From NCBI GenBank assembly GCA_036785375.1, contig JAWMAR010002088.1, positions 1 to 64,000 of the forward strand: 64,000 nucleotides of DNA. Reading direction: 5' to 3'. Source of the stretch: Leucoraja ocellata (Eukaryota). A model generated the notes under the pieces. That model was not told the origin of the DNA. It did no database searches and was given only the letters and a program-made list of their open reading frames with translations. Each line of letters opens with the position of its first letter. Positions within the stretch are counted from its first letter, which is position 1. The translations under genes were made by a program, and so were the position numbers. Of the stretch, positions 46,337-57,968 are shown one piece after another.

Positions 46337-48350
46337 AAACATAGAAACATAGAAAATAGGTGCAGGAGTAGGCCATTCGGCCCTTCGAGCCTGCACCGCC
46401 ATTCAATATGATCATGGCTGATCATCCAACTCAGTATCCTGTACCTGCCTTCTCTCCATACCCCCTGATCCCTTTAGCCACAAGGGCCACATCTAACTCC
46501 CTCTTAAATACAGCCAATGAACTGGCCTCAACTACCTTCTGTGGAAGAGAATTCCACAGATTCACCACTCTCTGTGTGAAAAATGTTTTTCTCATCTCGG
46601 TCCTAAAAGATTTCCCCCTTATCCTTAAACTGTGACCCCTTGTCCTGCATTTCCCCAACATCAGGAACAATCTTCCTACATCTAGCCTGTCCAACCCCTT
46701 AAGAATTTTGTAAGTTTCTATAAGATCCCCCCTCAATCTTCTAAATTCTAGCGAGTACAAGCCGAGTCTATCCAGTCTTTCTTCATATGACAGTCCTGAC
46801 ATCCCAGGAATCAGCCTGCTGAACCTTCTCTGTACTCCCTCTATGGCAAGAATGTCTTTCCTCAGATTAGGAGACCAAAACTGTACACAATACTCCAGAT
46901 GTGGTCTCACCAAGACCCTATACAACTGCAGTAGAACCTCCCTGCTCCAATAGTCAAATCCTTTTGCTATGAATGCTAACATGCCATTCGCTTTCTTCAC
47001 TGCCTGCTGCACCTGCATTCATACTTTCAATGACTGGTGTACCATGACACCCAGGTCTCGTTGCATCTCCCCTTTTCCTAATCGGCCACCATTCAGATAA
47101 TAGTCTACTTTCCTGTTTTTGGCACCAAAGTGGATAACATCACATTTATCCACATTATACTGCATCTGCCATGCATTTGCCCACTCACCCAGCCTATCCA
47201 AGTCATCTTGCAGCCTCCTAGCATCCTCCTCACAGCTAACACTGCCCCCCAGCTTTGTGTCATCCGCAAACTTGGAGATGTTGCATTCAATTCCCTCGTC
47301 CAAATCATTAATACATATTGTAAATAGCTGGGATCCCAGCACTGAGCCTTGCGGTACCCCACTAGTCACTACCTGCTATTGTGAAAAGGACCCGTTTACT
47401 CCTACTCTTTGCTTCCTGTCTGCCAGCCAGTTCTTTATCCACATCAATACTGAACCCCCAATACCGTGTGCTTTAAGTTTGTATACTAATCTCTTATGTG
47501 GGACCTTGTCGAAAGCCTTCTGAAGGTCCAGATATAACACATCCACTGGTTCTCCCTTATCCACTCTACTAGTTACATCCTCGAAAAATTCTGTAAGATT
47601 CGTCAGACATGATTTACCTTTCATAAATCCATGCTGACTTTGTCCAATGATTTCACCACTTTCCAAATGTGTTGCTATCCCATCTTTAATAACTGATTCT
47701 AGCAGTTTCCCCACTATCGATGTTACAGGTCTGTAATTCCCCGTTTTCTCTCTCTCTCCCTTTTTAAAATGTGGGGTTACATTAGCTACCCTCCAATCCT
47801 CAGGAGCTACTCCAGAATCTAAAGAGTTTTGAAAAATTATCACTAATGCATCCACTATTTCTGGAGCTACTTCCTTAAGTACTCTGGGATGCATCCTATC
47901 CGGCCCTGGGAATTTATCAGCCTTTACTCCATTCAATTTACCTAACACTACTTCCCAGCTAACCTGGATTTCACTCAGTTCCTCCATCTCATTTGACCCC
48001 CCGGTCCCCTGCTATTTCCGGCAGATGATTGATGTCTTCCTTATTGAAGACAGAACCAAAGTAGTTATTCAATTGGTCTGCCATGTCCTTGTTCCCCATG
48101 ATCAATTCACCTGTTTCCGACTGCAAGGGACCTACATTTTATTAAACTAATCTTTTTCTCTTCACATATATATAAAAACGTTTGCAGTCAGTTTTTATGT
48201 TCCCTGCCAGTTTTCTTTCATAATCTATTTTCCCTTTCCTAATTAAGCCCTTTGTCCTCCTCTGCTGGACTGAATTTCTCCCAGTCCTCTGGTAGGCTGC
48301 TTTTTCTGGCTAATTTGTATGCTTCATCTTTTGGTTTGATACTATCCCTG
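46337..48350 (-). mobile_element. CR1 family B 2-kb fragment (defective RT)
   Basis: ORFs 46431-47018, 47019-47369 (FADD) and 47376-47987. Confidence 0.95.
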
Positions 48351-48938
48351 TCTTTTTGTTACATTTTAGTTGCGATTTTTTAAAACTATAATTAATTAAT
48401 TATTAACTATGGTGATAGATGTGGCCCGCCATCCACTCACAGACATGGGTCCTGGCTCCTATGCTGCAGAACAAGGTTGTCGAGCCCGGTGTGAAATGTA
48501 TGTTTTTAGTGTTCTTTAGCTTGTTTTACGTGGGGTGGGGATGAGGGGGGGGGGGGGGATGGGGTTGGGGGGAAACGTTTTCTAATATCTTACCTCGATG
48601 GAGATGCGATATTTTTCTGTATCGTTTCTCGGTCCGCACTGCGGCCTAACATCCAGGAGTTGGCGACCTTTGTTGGAGACCGTCTTTTGTCAGTTCTACT
48701 GTGGGTGCTTGTGGACTTAACATCACGGAGCTCACGATCCCTTTGCCAGGAATCGACCTCGAGATCCAACCGTTGGTGCTTGCGGACTTAACATCACGGA
48801 GCTCGCAGTCTCTGGTCAGAGACCGACCTCGGGAGCTCCAAGCCGCAGGTGCTTCGACCACCCTGACATAGGTGCTTCAACTGCCCGCTGCGTGAGCTTC
48901 GATCACCCCGACGATGGTTCGACTGCCCCGACCATGGG
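48351..48938. repeat. Non-CR1 segment shared with 62891-63490
   Basis: Near-identical sequence attached to the same CR1 breakpoint in both copies. Confidence 0.85.
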
Positions 48939-49479
48939 AGCCCTTTGTCCTCCTCTGCTGGACTTCTTCCTCCCATTCCCTCTTGGAATATTTAGTGTTA
49001 TTATTCAGCAGAGATTTGTGACAAGCAGAAGCAATCACATCTACAGTATCAATCCCAATGGTGAGTTATACTCCTCCATTGGGCCCTGCATTCCCCTTCC
49101 GTCTGTGTTGTCAGTTAAAGTCTGGAGCAAAGATATAGAGCATGTCAGAGATATTAAAACTAAATGTTTTGTTGTTTTGTCAGAAATGCAAAATGAAAAG
49201 AGAAAAGGCTGAGAAACTTTGTGCAAAATAGAACTGCAGATGATGGTTTACACCGAAGATAGAAGATGTTCGAGTAACTCAGTGGGTCAGATAGCATCTC
49301 TGGGCATTCCTTCTCTCCAGAGATGCTGCCTGACCTGTTGGCTTATTCCAGCATTTTGGGTCGTGGCTGGAAACTTTGTTCAGCCAGAGAAGCCTGGGAA
49401 AGAGGTGAGGTGTAGTGATCTTCCAATTGACGACTTTTCTTCATGTCTTCACTGATTCTAACGCTTCTTCTACTTGCAG

Positions 49480-49752
49480 AAACCCCCGAGGTGTTTATTG
49501 GGATTAAACGTGATGGGTCGCAATCACTGAGCCTCTCCTGCCTTGTCACAGGCTTCTACCCACAGGCCATCGATGTAACGTGGCTGAGAGATGGTGAGGG
49601 GGTCACCGGGTTTGAATCCAGTGATCTGTTACCGAATTGGGATGGGACTTACCAGCTGAAGAATACAATTGAACTGATTAAAGAAGATGTGGCAAAATTC
49701 TCCTGTTACATCGAACATACAACTCTGCTGCGGGGAGTCAATGTTCCACAGG
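49480..49752 (+). CDS. MHC class I-like exon 4 (alpha3 Ig C1 domain)
   Basis: ttgcAG acceptor, G|GTAAGT donor, 273 nt; LSCLVTGFYPQAIDVTWLRDG, LPNWDGTYQL, FSCYIEH. Confidence 0.95.
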
Positions 49753-49844
49753 GTAAGTGGCAAGTGAATGAGTCTGATCACTTGAGACCATAAACCTCAT
49801 GGACTGAGATAACAGCCTCAACTCACACTCTTACCTCACCTGTG

Positions 49845-50160
49845 GATTTAGACTTTAGACTTTAGAGATAAAGTGCAGAAACAGGCCATTCAGCTCACTG
49901 AGTCGTTGCCGAACAGTGATCATCCCGTACATTTACATTATCCAGCACACTGGGGACAATTTACAATTTTACCTAAGCCAATTAACCCACAAGCCTGTAT
50001 TTGTTTGGAATGAGTGAGGAAACCGAAGCACCCGGAGAAAACCCACGCAGTCCCAGGGAGAACGTACAATGTCCTTTCAGACAGCTCTTGTAGTCAGGAT
50101 CGAACCCAGGTCTCTGGTGCAGTAAGGCAGCAGCTCTACCATTACGCCACTGTGCCACCC
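49845..50160 (-). mobile_element. HE1-like SINE
   Basis: Near full length; head (reverse complement) ggtggcacagtggcgtaatggtagagctgctg. Confidence 0.85.
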
Positions 50161-50213
50161 ATTATTAATTTGTGGGTTTCTAATTGCCCATAAATATTGA
50201 TAGTCAATGGAAT

Positions 50214-50490
50214 GTAGTTTTAGTTTAAGAGATACAGCGCATAAACAGGCCCTTCAGCCCACCAAGTCCGTGTCAACCAGCAATTCCTGCACATTTACAT
50301 TAACTTACATATTAGGGACAATTTACAATTATACCAAGTCAATTAACCTACAAACCTGTCCGTCTTTGGTCTTTGGGAGGAAATCGGAGATCCAGGGCAA
50401 AACCCACGCAGGTTCCGGGGAGAAGGTACAAACTCTGTGCAGACGGGACCCGCAGTCAGAATTGAACCCGGGTCTCTGGCGCTGTAAGGC
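50214..50490 (-). mobile_element. HE1-like SINE (5' truncated)
   Basis: Similar to the adjacent copy. Confidence 0.8.
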
Positions 50491-50494
50491 AAAA

Positions 50495-51318
50495 CATAGG
50501 CAGATGGAATACAGTGTAGCAAGTATCTGGTTGAGCATTTTGGTAGTGGGAATAAAGACATAGACTATTTTCTAATTGGGGTGAGAATTCAGAAATCTAA
50601 GGGACTTGGGAGTACTAGTGCAGGGTTCCCAAATAGTTAATTTGCAGATTGAGTCAGTGGTTCCCAAATAGTTAATTTGCAGATTGAGTCAGTGGTTCCC
50701 AAATAGTTAATTTGCAGATTGAGTCAGTGGTAAGTAAGGCAAATGCAATGCCAGCATTTATTTCGGGGGGACTAGAATATAAAAACAATGATATAATGCT
50801 GAGGCTTTATCGGTCACTGGTGAGGATATATTTGGAACATTGTGAGCAGTTTTGGGCCCCATATTAGAAAGGATGTGCTGGCTTTGGAGAGAGTCCAGAG
50901 GATGTATGTCCTGGGGATGGGCCTGTACACGTGGGGATTTAGAAGGATGAGGGGGAAAATCTCTGAGACCTACCAGATAATTAAAGCCCTAGTTAGTGGA
51001 TGTGGAAAGGATGTTTTCAGTAATGGGGGAGTCTAGCACAGCCTTGCAATAAAAATATGTACCTTCAAAATGGAGATGAGGAGGAATTTCTTAAGTCACA
51101 GTGTGTTGAATCTGTGGAATTCATTGGTACAGACAGCTGTGTGGGTCAAGTCATTGCATATCTAAAAGCAGAGAATGATAGGTTCTTGATTAGTATGGGT
51201 GCCAAAAGTTACAGCGAGAAGGCAGGTGAATCAGAGGTAAAAATAGATCTGCCATGATGAATGGTGGAGTAGACTCGATGGACTGAAAGGCATAATTCCA
51301 CTCCAATGTCTTATGGTC
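50495..51318 (+). mobile_element. Old degenerate CR1 3' fragment
   Basis: RKDVLALERVQR remnant and CR1 3' UTR. Confidence 0.75.
50624..50728. repeat. Perfect 3 x 35-bp tandem repeat
   Basis: ggttcccaaatagttaatttgcagattgagtcagt three times. Confidence 0.95.
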
Positions 51319-51873
51319 AAAATTATTCTTACATCACCTTTAACTCACCCATCCAAATGTAGGAACAGTGGAAGCAAGATAGGCTGATCCTGGCCAAGGT
51401 CTCTTATCTTCTCTCTTGGGCATCTAACTAATTTTCTGATTGTAGTTAGTTGCACAAAAGGCCAATAATGGTGCCATTATCAGTCTGAAGTAGCAGCACC
51501 TGTTCTGTAGCTGACTTATTTGTTCCAGACAAGACCTCGGCAAAGATCTTCACACCAGGGCCAAGCTGACATGGTTACAATTGCTGGTCAGTATCAATAG
51601 ACAGTAATGTGTGTGTGTTTGTGTGGGCTCATGTGTGTGAGACAGAGAGGGGGGAGAGAGGGGGGGGTGGGAGATGGGGGGGAGAGGGGGGGGGGGAGAA
51701 AGAGAGAGTGTGTGTATGAGAAAATTAAACTCTCAGATATAACATATAACAATTACAGCACGGAAGCAGGCCATCTCGACATATCATTGAATATTCAATA
51801 TATCATTGAAATATCAGCACAGTTTAAAACCTTTGAAGTGTTATCACAAAAAATGGGTAACTTTTATTTGCTA

Positions 51874-53218
51874 CTAGACCAAGTGCAGACCCGTTGGGTC
51901 TGTTTCCCCAACGGTGTTTGTGGGGGGAGGACGTGGGGGGGCTGCGGCATCACACTCACATTAACCACCCCCCAAACACACAGGTGGCGGGAGGGGGGGT
52001 GAGAAGAGGGGAGGGAGGGAGGGGAGAGGAGGAGGAGGAAATGGGACAGATTTGGGAGGGAAAGGAGAGCGGGGTAGGGGGTGAGAGAGGGGGATGGGGA
52101 GAGAGATGTGGGGGAGGGGAGGGGGAGAGGGGTGGGGGGAAAGAGGGGAAAGAGTGGGGAGGGAGAGTGGAGGGGGAAGGGGGGAGAGAAGTGGAAGAGC
52201 GGGGAGGGAGGGGTAGGGGAAGGGAGTGGGGGGAGAGGGAAGGGGGTGGGGTAGAGAATGAAGGGGGGTGGGGGAGAGAGGCATGGGTGGGAGAGGGAGA
52301 GGGGTGAGGAGAGAGAAACATAGAAACATAAGATTCTATAAGATCCCCCCTCAATCTTCTAAATTCTAGCGAGTACAAACCGAGTCTATCCAGTCTTTCT
52401 TCATATGAAAGTCCTGACATCCCAGGAATCAGTCTGGTTAACCTTCTCTGTACTCCCTCTATGGCAAGAATGTCTTTGGGCATTGGGCATTGTGACATCA
52501 CACGATGGAACGTTCACCAGGGGCTGGGGCTAATTCAATGCGTTAGAAGCCAGTTTATTTTTGAAACATTGGGGGGGGGGAGAAGGATTTGATTAAAAAC
52601 GTGTACTTAAACATGACAAAATGTAATCAGGAGCGGATACTTTGAAAGAAAAGTGAAATCTCTACCGAAATGGAAAATATCTCGGCGATTCTGCGTCTGG
52701 ATTCGGCATGGCAAGGAATCAAAGGAAGAAAGGCAGTCGACAGCCGTACATGTAAATGGATCCATTCCGATTGGACATCTGCGAGCATTGGGCATTGTGA
52801 CATCATACGATGGAACAAATCAAAAGGCAGAAAGGCAGGCGGACGGACGGACGGGGGCAGCCACAGAGTTTTAATCTATAACTAGACCAAGTGCAGACCC
52901 GTTGGGTCTGTTTCCCCAACGGCGTTTGCGGGGGAGGGGGGTGGCTGCGGCATCACACAAGTGAAATCTCTACCGAAATGGAAAAGATGTCGGCGATTCT
53001 GCGACTGGTTTCGGAGTTGCAGGGAATCAAAGGAAGAAATACAGCCGGCAGCCGTCCATGCAAATGGATCCATTCCGATTGGACATCTGCGAGCATTGTG
53101 CATTGTGATTGGACATCTGCGAGCATTGGGCATTGTGACATCACACGATGGAAACGAATCAAAAGGCAGAAAAGCAACTGGACGGCAGCCGGTCGGATGG
53201 GGCGAGAGTTTTATATAT

Positions 53219-53263
<45 letters not shown>
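51874..53263 (-). mobile_element. Two-unit Helitron array in MHC intron 4
   Basis: CTAG at 51874 and 52882; 5' end TCTATATATATAAAACTC preceded by TCTA repeats (53220-53263 = 11 TAGA on +); flanks gcta|taat (A|T). Confidence 0.87.
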
Positions 53264-53268
<5 letters not shown>

Positions 53269-53580
53269 ACAATCGTCAACATAACAAAACGGCATTGTTG
53301 ACCTCTAGACTGCAAATAGTAATCGATTTCTGACGTACTTGATTCTTTAAATTCTTAATTAAATGCTGCAGATAAAATCACAAAATCTCAATGCCAATAT
53401 GAACTTCAAAGATTTTTCATTGATCCATTTAAACTTCCATCCTCTGGACAATTACATCAATCTAAGACTTTATTACTTTGTAATTAGATGTGAACAGTGC
53501 TAGTTTAATGTAGATAATAAAATCATTACAACGTTGTTATTGATCAATAAATATTTAAAATGCTCTATATTTGCCTACAG

Positions 53581-53786
53581 AGAGGGCAGCGAAAGATGAT
53601 ATAAAAATTAGGATCGTGACTGGAGCTGCAATCGTTCCTCTCATTCTCCTGGGGATCATCCTTGGAATAGGTTGCTGGAAGAAGAGGAAAAGGAAAAAAA
53701 ATCACAATGAACAGGGACCAGCTGACAACAGCAGAGACCAGGAGATGACTGCAGTGACCATGAAGCACAATCAGCTTCCTTTGTGA
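53581..53786 (+). CDS. MHC class I-like exon 5 (connecting peptide, TM, cytoplasmic tail, stop)
   Basis: ctacAG acceptor in phase 1; IVTGAAIVPLILLGIILGIGCW followed by KKRKRKK stop-transfer; TGA at 53784-53786. Confidence 0.88.
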
Positions 53787-53829
53787 TGCAGAGGAGGTCT
53801 TTGGGAATGATGTCTGGATTAGTGGGGCA

Positions 53830-54265
53830 TTAGCCACAGGAAGAAGTTGGACAGACTTTGATTGTTTTGTCTGGAATGTCGGGGATTGAGGGGAGACCTG
53901 ACAGTAATATATCAAACTGGGAGGGGTGGACATAGGGTCGACCGTCAGACTTTTTACCCAGGAAGGAAATATCAAATAACAGAAGGTATAGCTTTACAAT
54001 GAGTGGCAAAGTTTGAAAAAGATGTGCAGGGCAAGCGTTTTACACCAAGGGTGGTGAGTGACTGGAATGTGCTGGTGGTGGTGGAAGCTGATATGATAGT
54101 GGCATTAAAGAAACTTTTAGATAGTCACATGAATATGCAGGGAATGGATGGATATGGATTATGTGCAAGCAGATAACAATTGGTCATGACATCATGTTCA
54201 GCACAAACATTGTGGATCAAAGGGAATGTTCTTGTGCTGTACTGTTCTATATTCTATGTTCTTTA
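53830..54265 (+). mobile_element. Old CR1 3' fragment in the probable 3' UTR
   Basis: ttgaggggagacctga...gtgctgtactgttctat. Confidence 0.7.
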
Positions 54266-54374
54266 TTCTATCAATGCTGACTGATGGCTTTACATTCAGC
54301 CATTAATTTTTTAAGTGCTGTCTTCACTGCAGTTACCCTGTGATTCCAAACTCATTCATTGCGCCACATTTTGG

Positions 54375-54380
54375 AATAAA
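54375..54380 (+). terminator. Candidate polyadenylation signal AATAAA
   Basis: First AATAAA seen ~590 nt downstream of the stop codon. Confidence 0.4.
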
Positions 54381-55079
54381 AGTTCGCCCATTTGATTGAT
54401 TGATACTTTATTACCATATATGACATGTCACAGTGAAATTCTTTGCTTTGCATAACATACTGGTGGGACTAAGGGAAAACAAAGTTGTTCGGCACAGACT
54501 TGTAGGGCTGAGATGGCCTGTTTCCGTGCTGTAATTGTTATATGGTTATATACACAAGGTATACAAAGAGTCACCATGTATAGGGTGTCGACACAGTTAC
54601 AACGTAATCATTACAGTCCCCAATGGTCCCTCTTTGTTCTCGGCAGCCTCTCCATGTTGGGTGCCTCTTTAAAATAGATACAAAGAAGATTTATTTTCCT
54701 GTAGGTGAATGATTTGCCTGAACTTTCTATTCCAGCTGTGGAGACAAGGTGCATGAGTATTTTCCAGGTTGTGATATATGGAGTTTTAGATCAGAAATTA
54801 ATAAAGGATTGCAGGAATTATGTAGTAAACTGATCAAAATCAGATTGGACATAATGTTATTGAATGATGCAGTCTGTTCAAGGGGGCTTACAGCTGATTG
54901 CTAATCCCATTTTATATAAACACAAAGAAGTACATACCAGGAAGAGGCCCTTTGGCCCACAATGTATGTGGTGAACATGATGAGATACGAAACTGATCCC
55001 ATCCAACTGCAACATGATCCATATCCCTCTATTTCCTGCAGATCAGATTGTCAATCTAAAAAACTATCAAATATCTTGC

Positions 55080-55262
55080 CAGAGATAGACTCAAAAAGCT
55101 GGAGAAACTCACCAGATCAGACAACATCTCTGCATATAAGGCATAGGTGACATTTCTCGTCAATACCCTTCTTCACATTCCAGAAATGCTGTTTGACCCG
55201 CTGATTTACTCCAGCTTTTCGAGCCTATCTTCGGTTTAAACCAGCATCTGCTGTTCCTTCCT
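55080..55262. mobile_element. Palindromic Penelope-derived repeat
   Basis: gatagactcaaaagctggagaaactca ... tttactccagcttttcgagcctatc inverted arms. Confidence 0.55.
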
Positions 55263-57550
55263 AGTTATTTTGCCACCTCTTTGTCACACACTGTAACCTG
55301 CATTCCTTGTTCACATACCTGATGATGTAGTGGAGAAGTAATTGGCTCTGCATTTAATGCTTCACTCAGTGCTTCAAGTATTTGATGGGTCAGTCAACAA
55401 GGATCTTTGTTTTCAATACAAACCACGCTCTACACCACAGCTTAGATAATATTGCTTAGTTTAGTTGAGTGATACAGCATGGATGTAGAACCTTCAGCTC
55501 ATCAAGTTGATACCAACCATCCTGCACACCAGTTCTATGTTATCCCTCTTTCACATCCGCTTTCGATACACTAGAGCAATTTTACAACTCACCTACAAAC
55601 TTGTACATCATTGAGATGTGCCAGGAAACCGGAGCACCTGGAGAAATCCCACATGGTCACTGAGAGAACATTCAAATTCCACATAGACAACAACCCAGTA
55701 CCATGTCATGTGAGTATTTATGGAACACAGTAACGTATGGGGACTGTGTTTTGTTGACCCGACAGATCACTGGTAACAATACTCATTATCAAAGCTGTGG
55801 TGTAATAGCTGTGGAAGTGTTTTATGTGCAACAGACCAAGAATGTCATTGTAGTTCCACCAGTGTCATGTCTGAATTATGAGCATTTAATAAATACTTTT
55901 GAATGAATTTTACCAAGACGTTAGCATGCTACATCTGAGCTATACATTTGTTTTGTCATTGTTAACACTGCAGACAGCTATTAACTCAGTCATAAGTTTA
56001 TGTTCATAAGTGATAGGAGCAGAATTAGGCCATTCAGCCCATCAATCATGGCTGATCTATCTTTTCCTCTTAACCCCATTCTCCTACCTTCTCCCCATAA
56101 CCCCTGACACCCGTACTAATCAAGAATCTATCTATCTCTGCCTTAAAAAAATATTAATTGACGGCTTCCACAGCCTTCCACAGAATTCCACAGATTCACC
56201 ACCCTCTGAATAAAGAAATTTGTCCTCATCTCCCTCCTAAAGGAGCGTACTTTAATTGTGAGGCTTTGCCCTCTGATGAGATGCTCCCATTAGTGGAAAC
56301 TTCCTCTCAACATCCACTCTATCCAGGCCTTTCACTATACGGTAAGTTTCAATGAGGTCTCCCTCATCCTTCTAAACTCCAGCGAGTAGAGGCCTAGTGC
56401 CGTCAAACGCTCTTCAGAAAACAATAACACCAACATTACTCTTCATATAACCAATTATGAAAACTCACACCTCCACATTCAGGGACAGTCTCTTCCCAAT
56501 TTGTTATCAGGCAACTGAAACCATCCTACCAACAACTAGGATGCTGTCTTGCAATATTGTCTCCTGCATTGGAGATCCTCGGACACTCTTTGATCGGACT
56601 TTACTGTCGTTATCTTGCACTAAACGTTATTCATGTTATTCCCTTTTTCATATATATGTACACTATGGATGGCTCAATTGCAATCATGTTTTGTCTTTCC
56701 ACTGACTGGTTAGCACATTTAGTTTATTTAGTTTAGAGATACGGGGTCTGCACCAATTCCTGCACACTAACACTATCCTACACACACTTGGAACAGTTTA
56801 CATTTATACCAATCCAATTAACCCACATATCCAGAGTCAAGATCAAACCCGGCTGTGTGGCACTTAATGCAGCAACTCCAGTGCTGCATCATGCTGTCCT
56901 TTTTGTTGTAGGATGTGCAGGTAATGGGGGTATATTATGTGCCGGCAGATACGTGTTGGTCTTGGCATCATGTTCAACACAGACATTGTGGGCCAAAGGG
57001 CCTGTTTCTGTGCTTTACTGATCTATTGTGGTGATTGTGGAAACACATAATATTTGCCTGATTGCTGATATCTTAAGTGTATTTACTAGGTACATTAACT
57101 ATTCAGACAAAACTAAATACCATTCCCGAGTCATCTAATTTCCACACTCCAGTCAGCGTGAATCATCAACTTTATTGATGTACTGATATATTTATTTTCT
57201 GTTAATATTTAACTGTGTGTTTAATGTTACACCAAATGGTTATTGGCTTGTTTCCATCACTGTGTGCTATCTGGGTGACCCTGAATTTATTGCCCAGGTG
57301 TGAGATTCCTCGCAAGGACCGAGATGAGGCAGAAACCTGACTGCTACAGACTTTTTGGAGGGGGTTGCAAGATTTTGACCCAACACCTCCTGTCTGAATG
57401 CAAGACAATATATTTACAAGCAGCCTCATCCACACCTCAGACAGTGGCATCAAGGCACTCATCACTGTCTGTGAAAAAACATGCTGTGGACATCTCCTTT
57501 AAACTCTCCTCTTAAAGATATGCCCTCTTGTATTCAATGTTTCCATCCAT

Positions 57551-57890
57551 GTTTAGTTTAGTTTATTTGAGTTTAGAGATACATTGCGGAAACAGGCCCT
57601 TTGGCCCACCGAGTCCGCACCGACTAGTGATCCCTGGGCATTAGCACTACCCTACACTAACCTACACACATTAGGGACGATTTACACATACACCAAAGCC
57701 AATTAATCTACATACCTGTACTCTTTGGTGTGTGGGAGGAAACCGAAGATCTCGGAGAAAACCCATGCTGTCACGGAGAGAACGTACAAACTCCATACAG
57801 ACAGCACCTGTGGTCGGGATCAAGGCTGAGTCTCCATCGCTGCAAGCGCTGTAAAGCAGCAACTCTACCACTGCGCCACCGTGACTGCCC
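57551..57890 (-). mobile_element. HE1-like SINE
   Basis: gtttagtttag tail; head (reverse complement) ggcagtcacggtggcgcagtggtagagttgctg. Confidence 0.85.
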
Positions 57891-57968
57891 CTGCTCTGAC
57901 TATCTATCCTATCTATACCTCTCATAGTTTTATGTACTTCTGTCAGGTGTCCCATCAAACTCCGGCAT

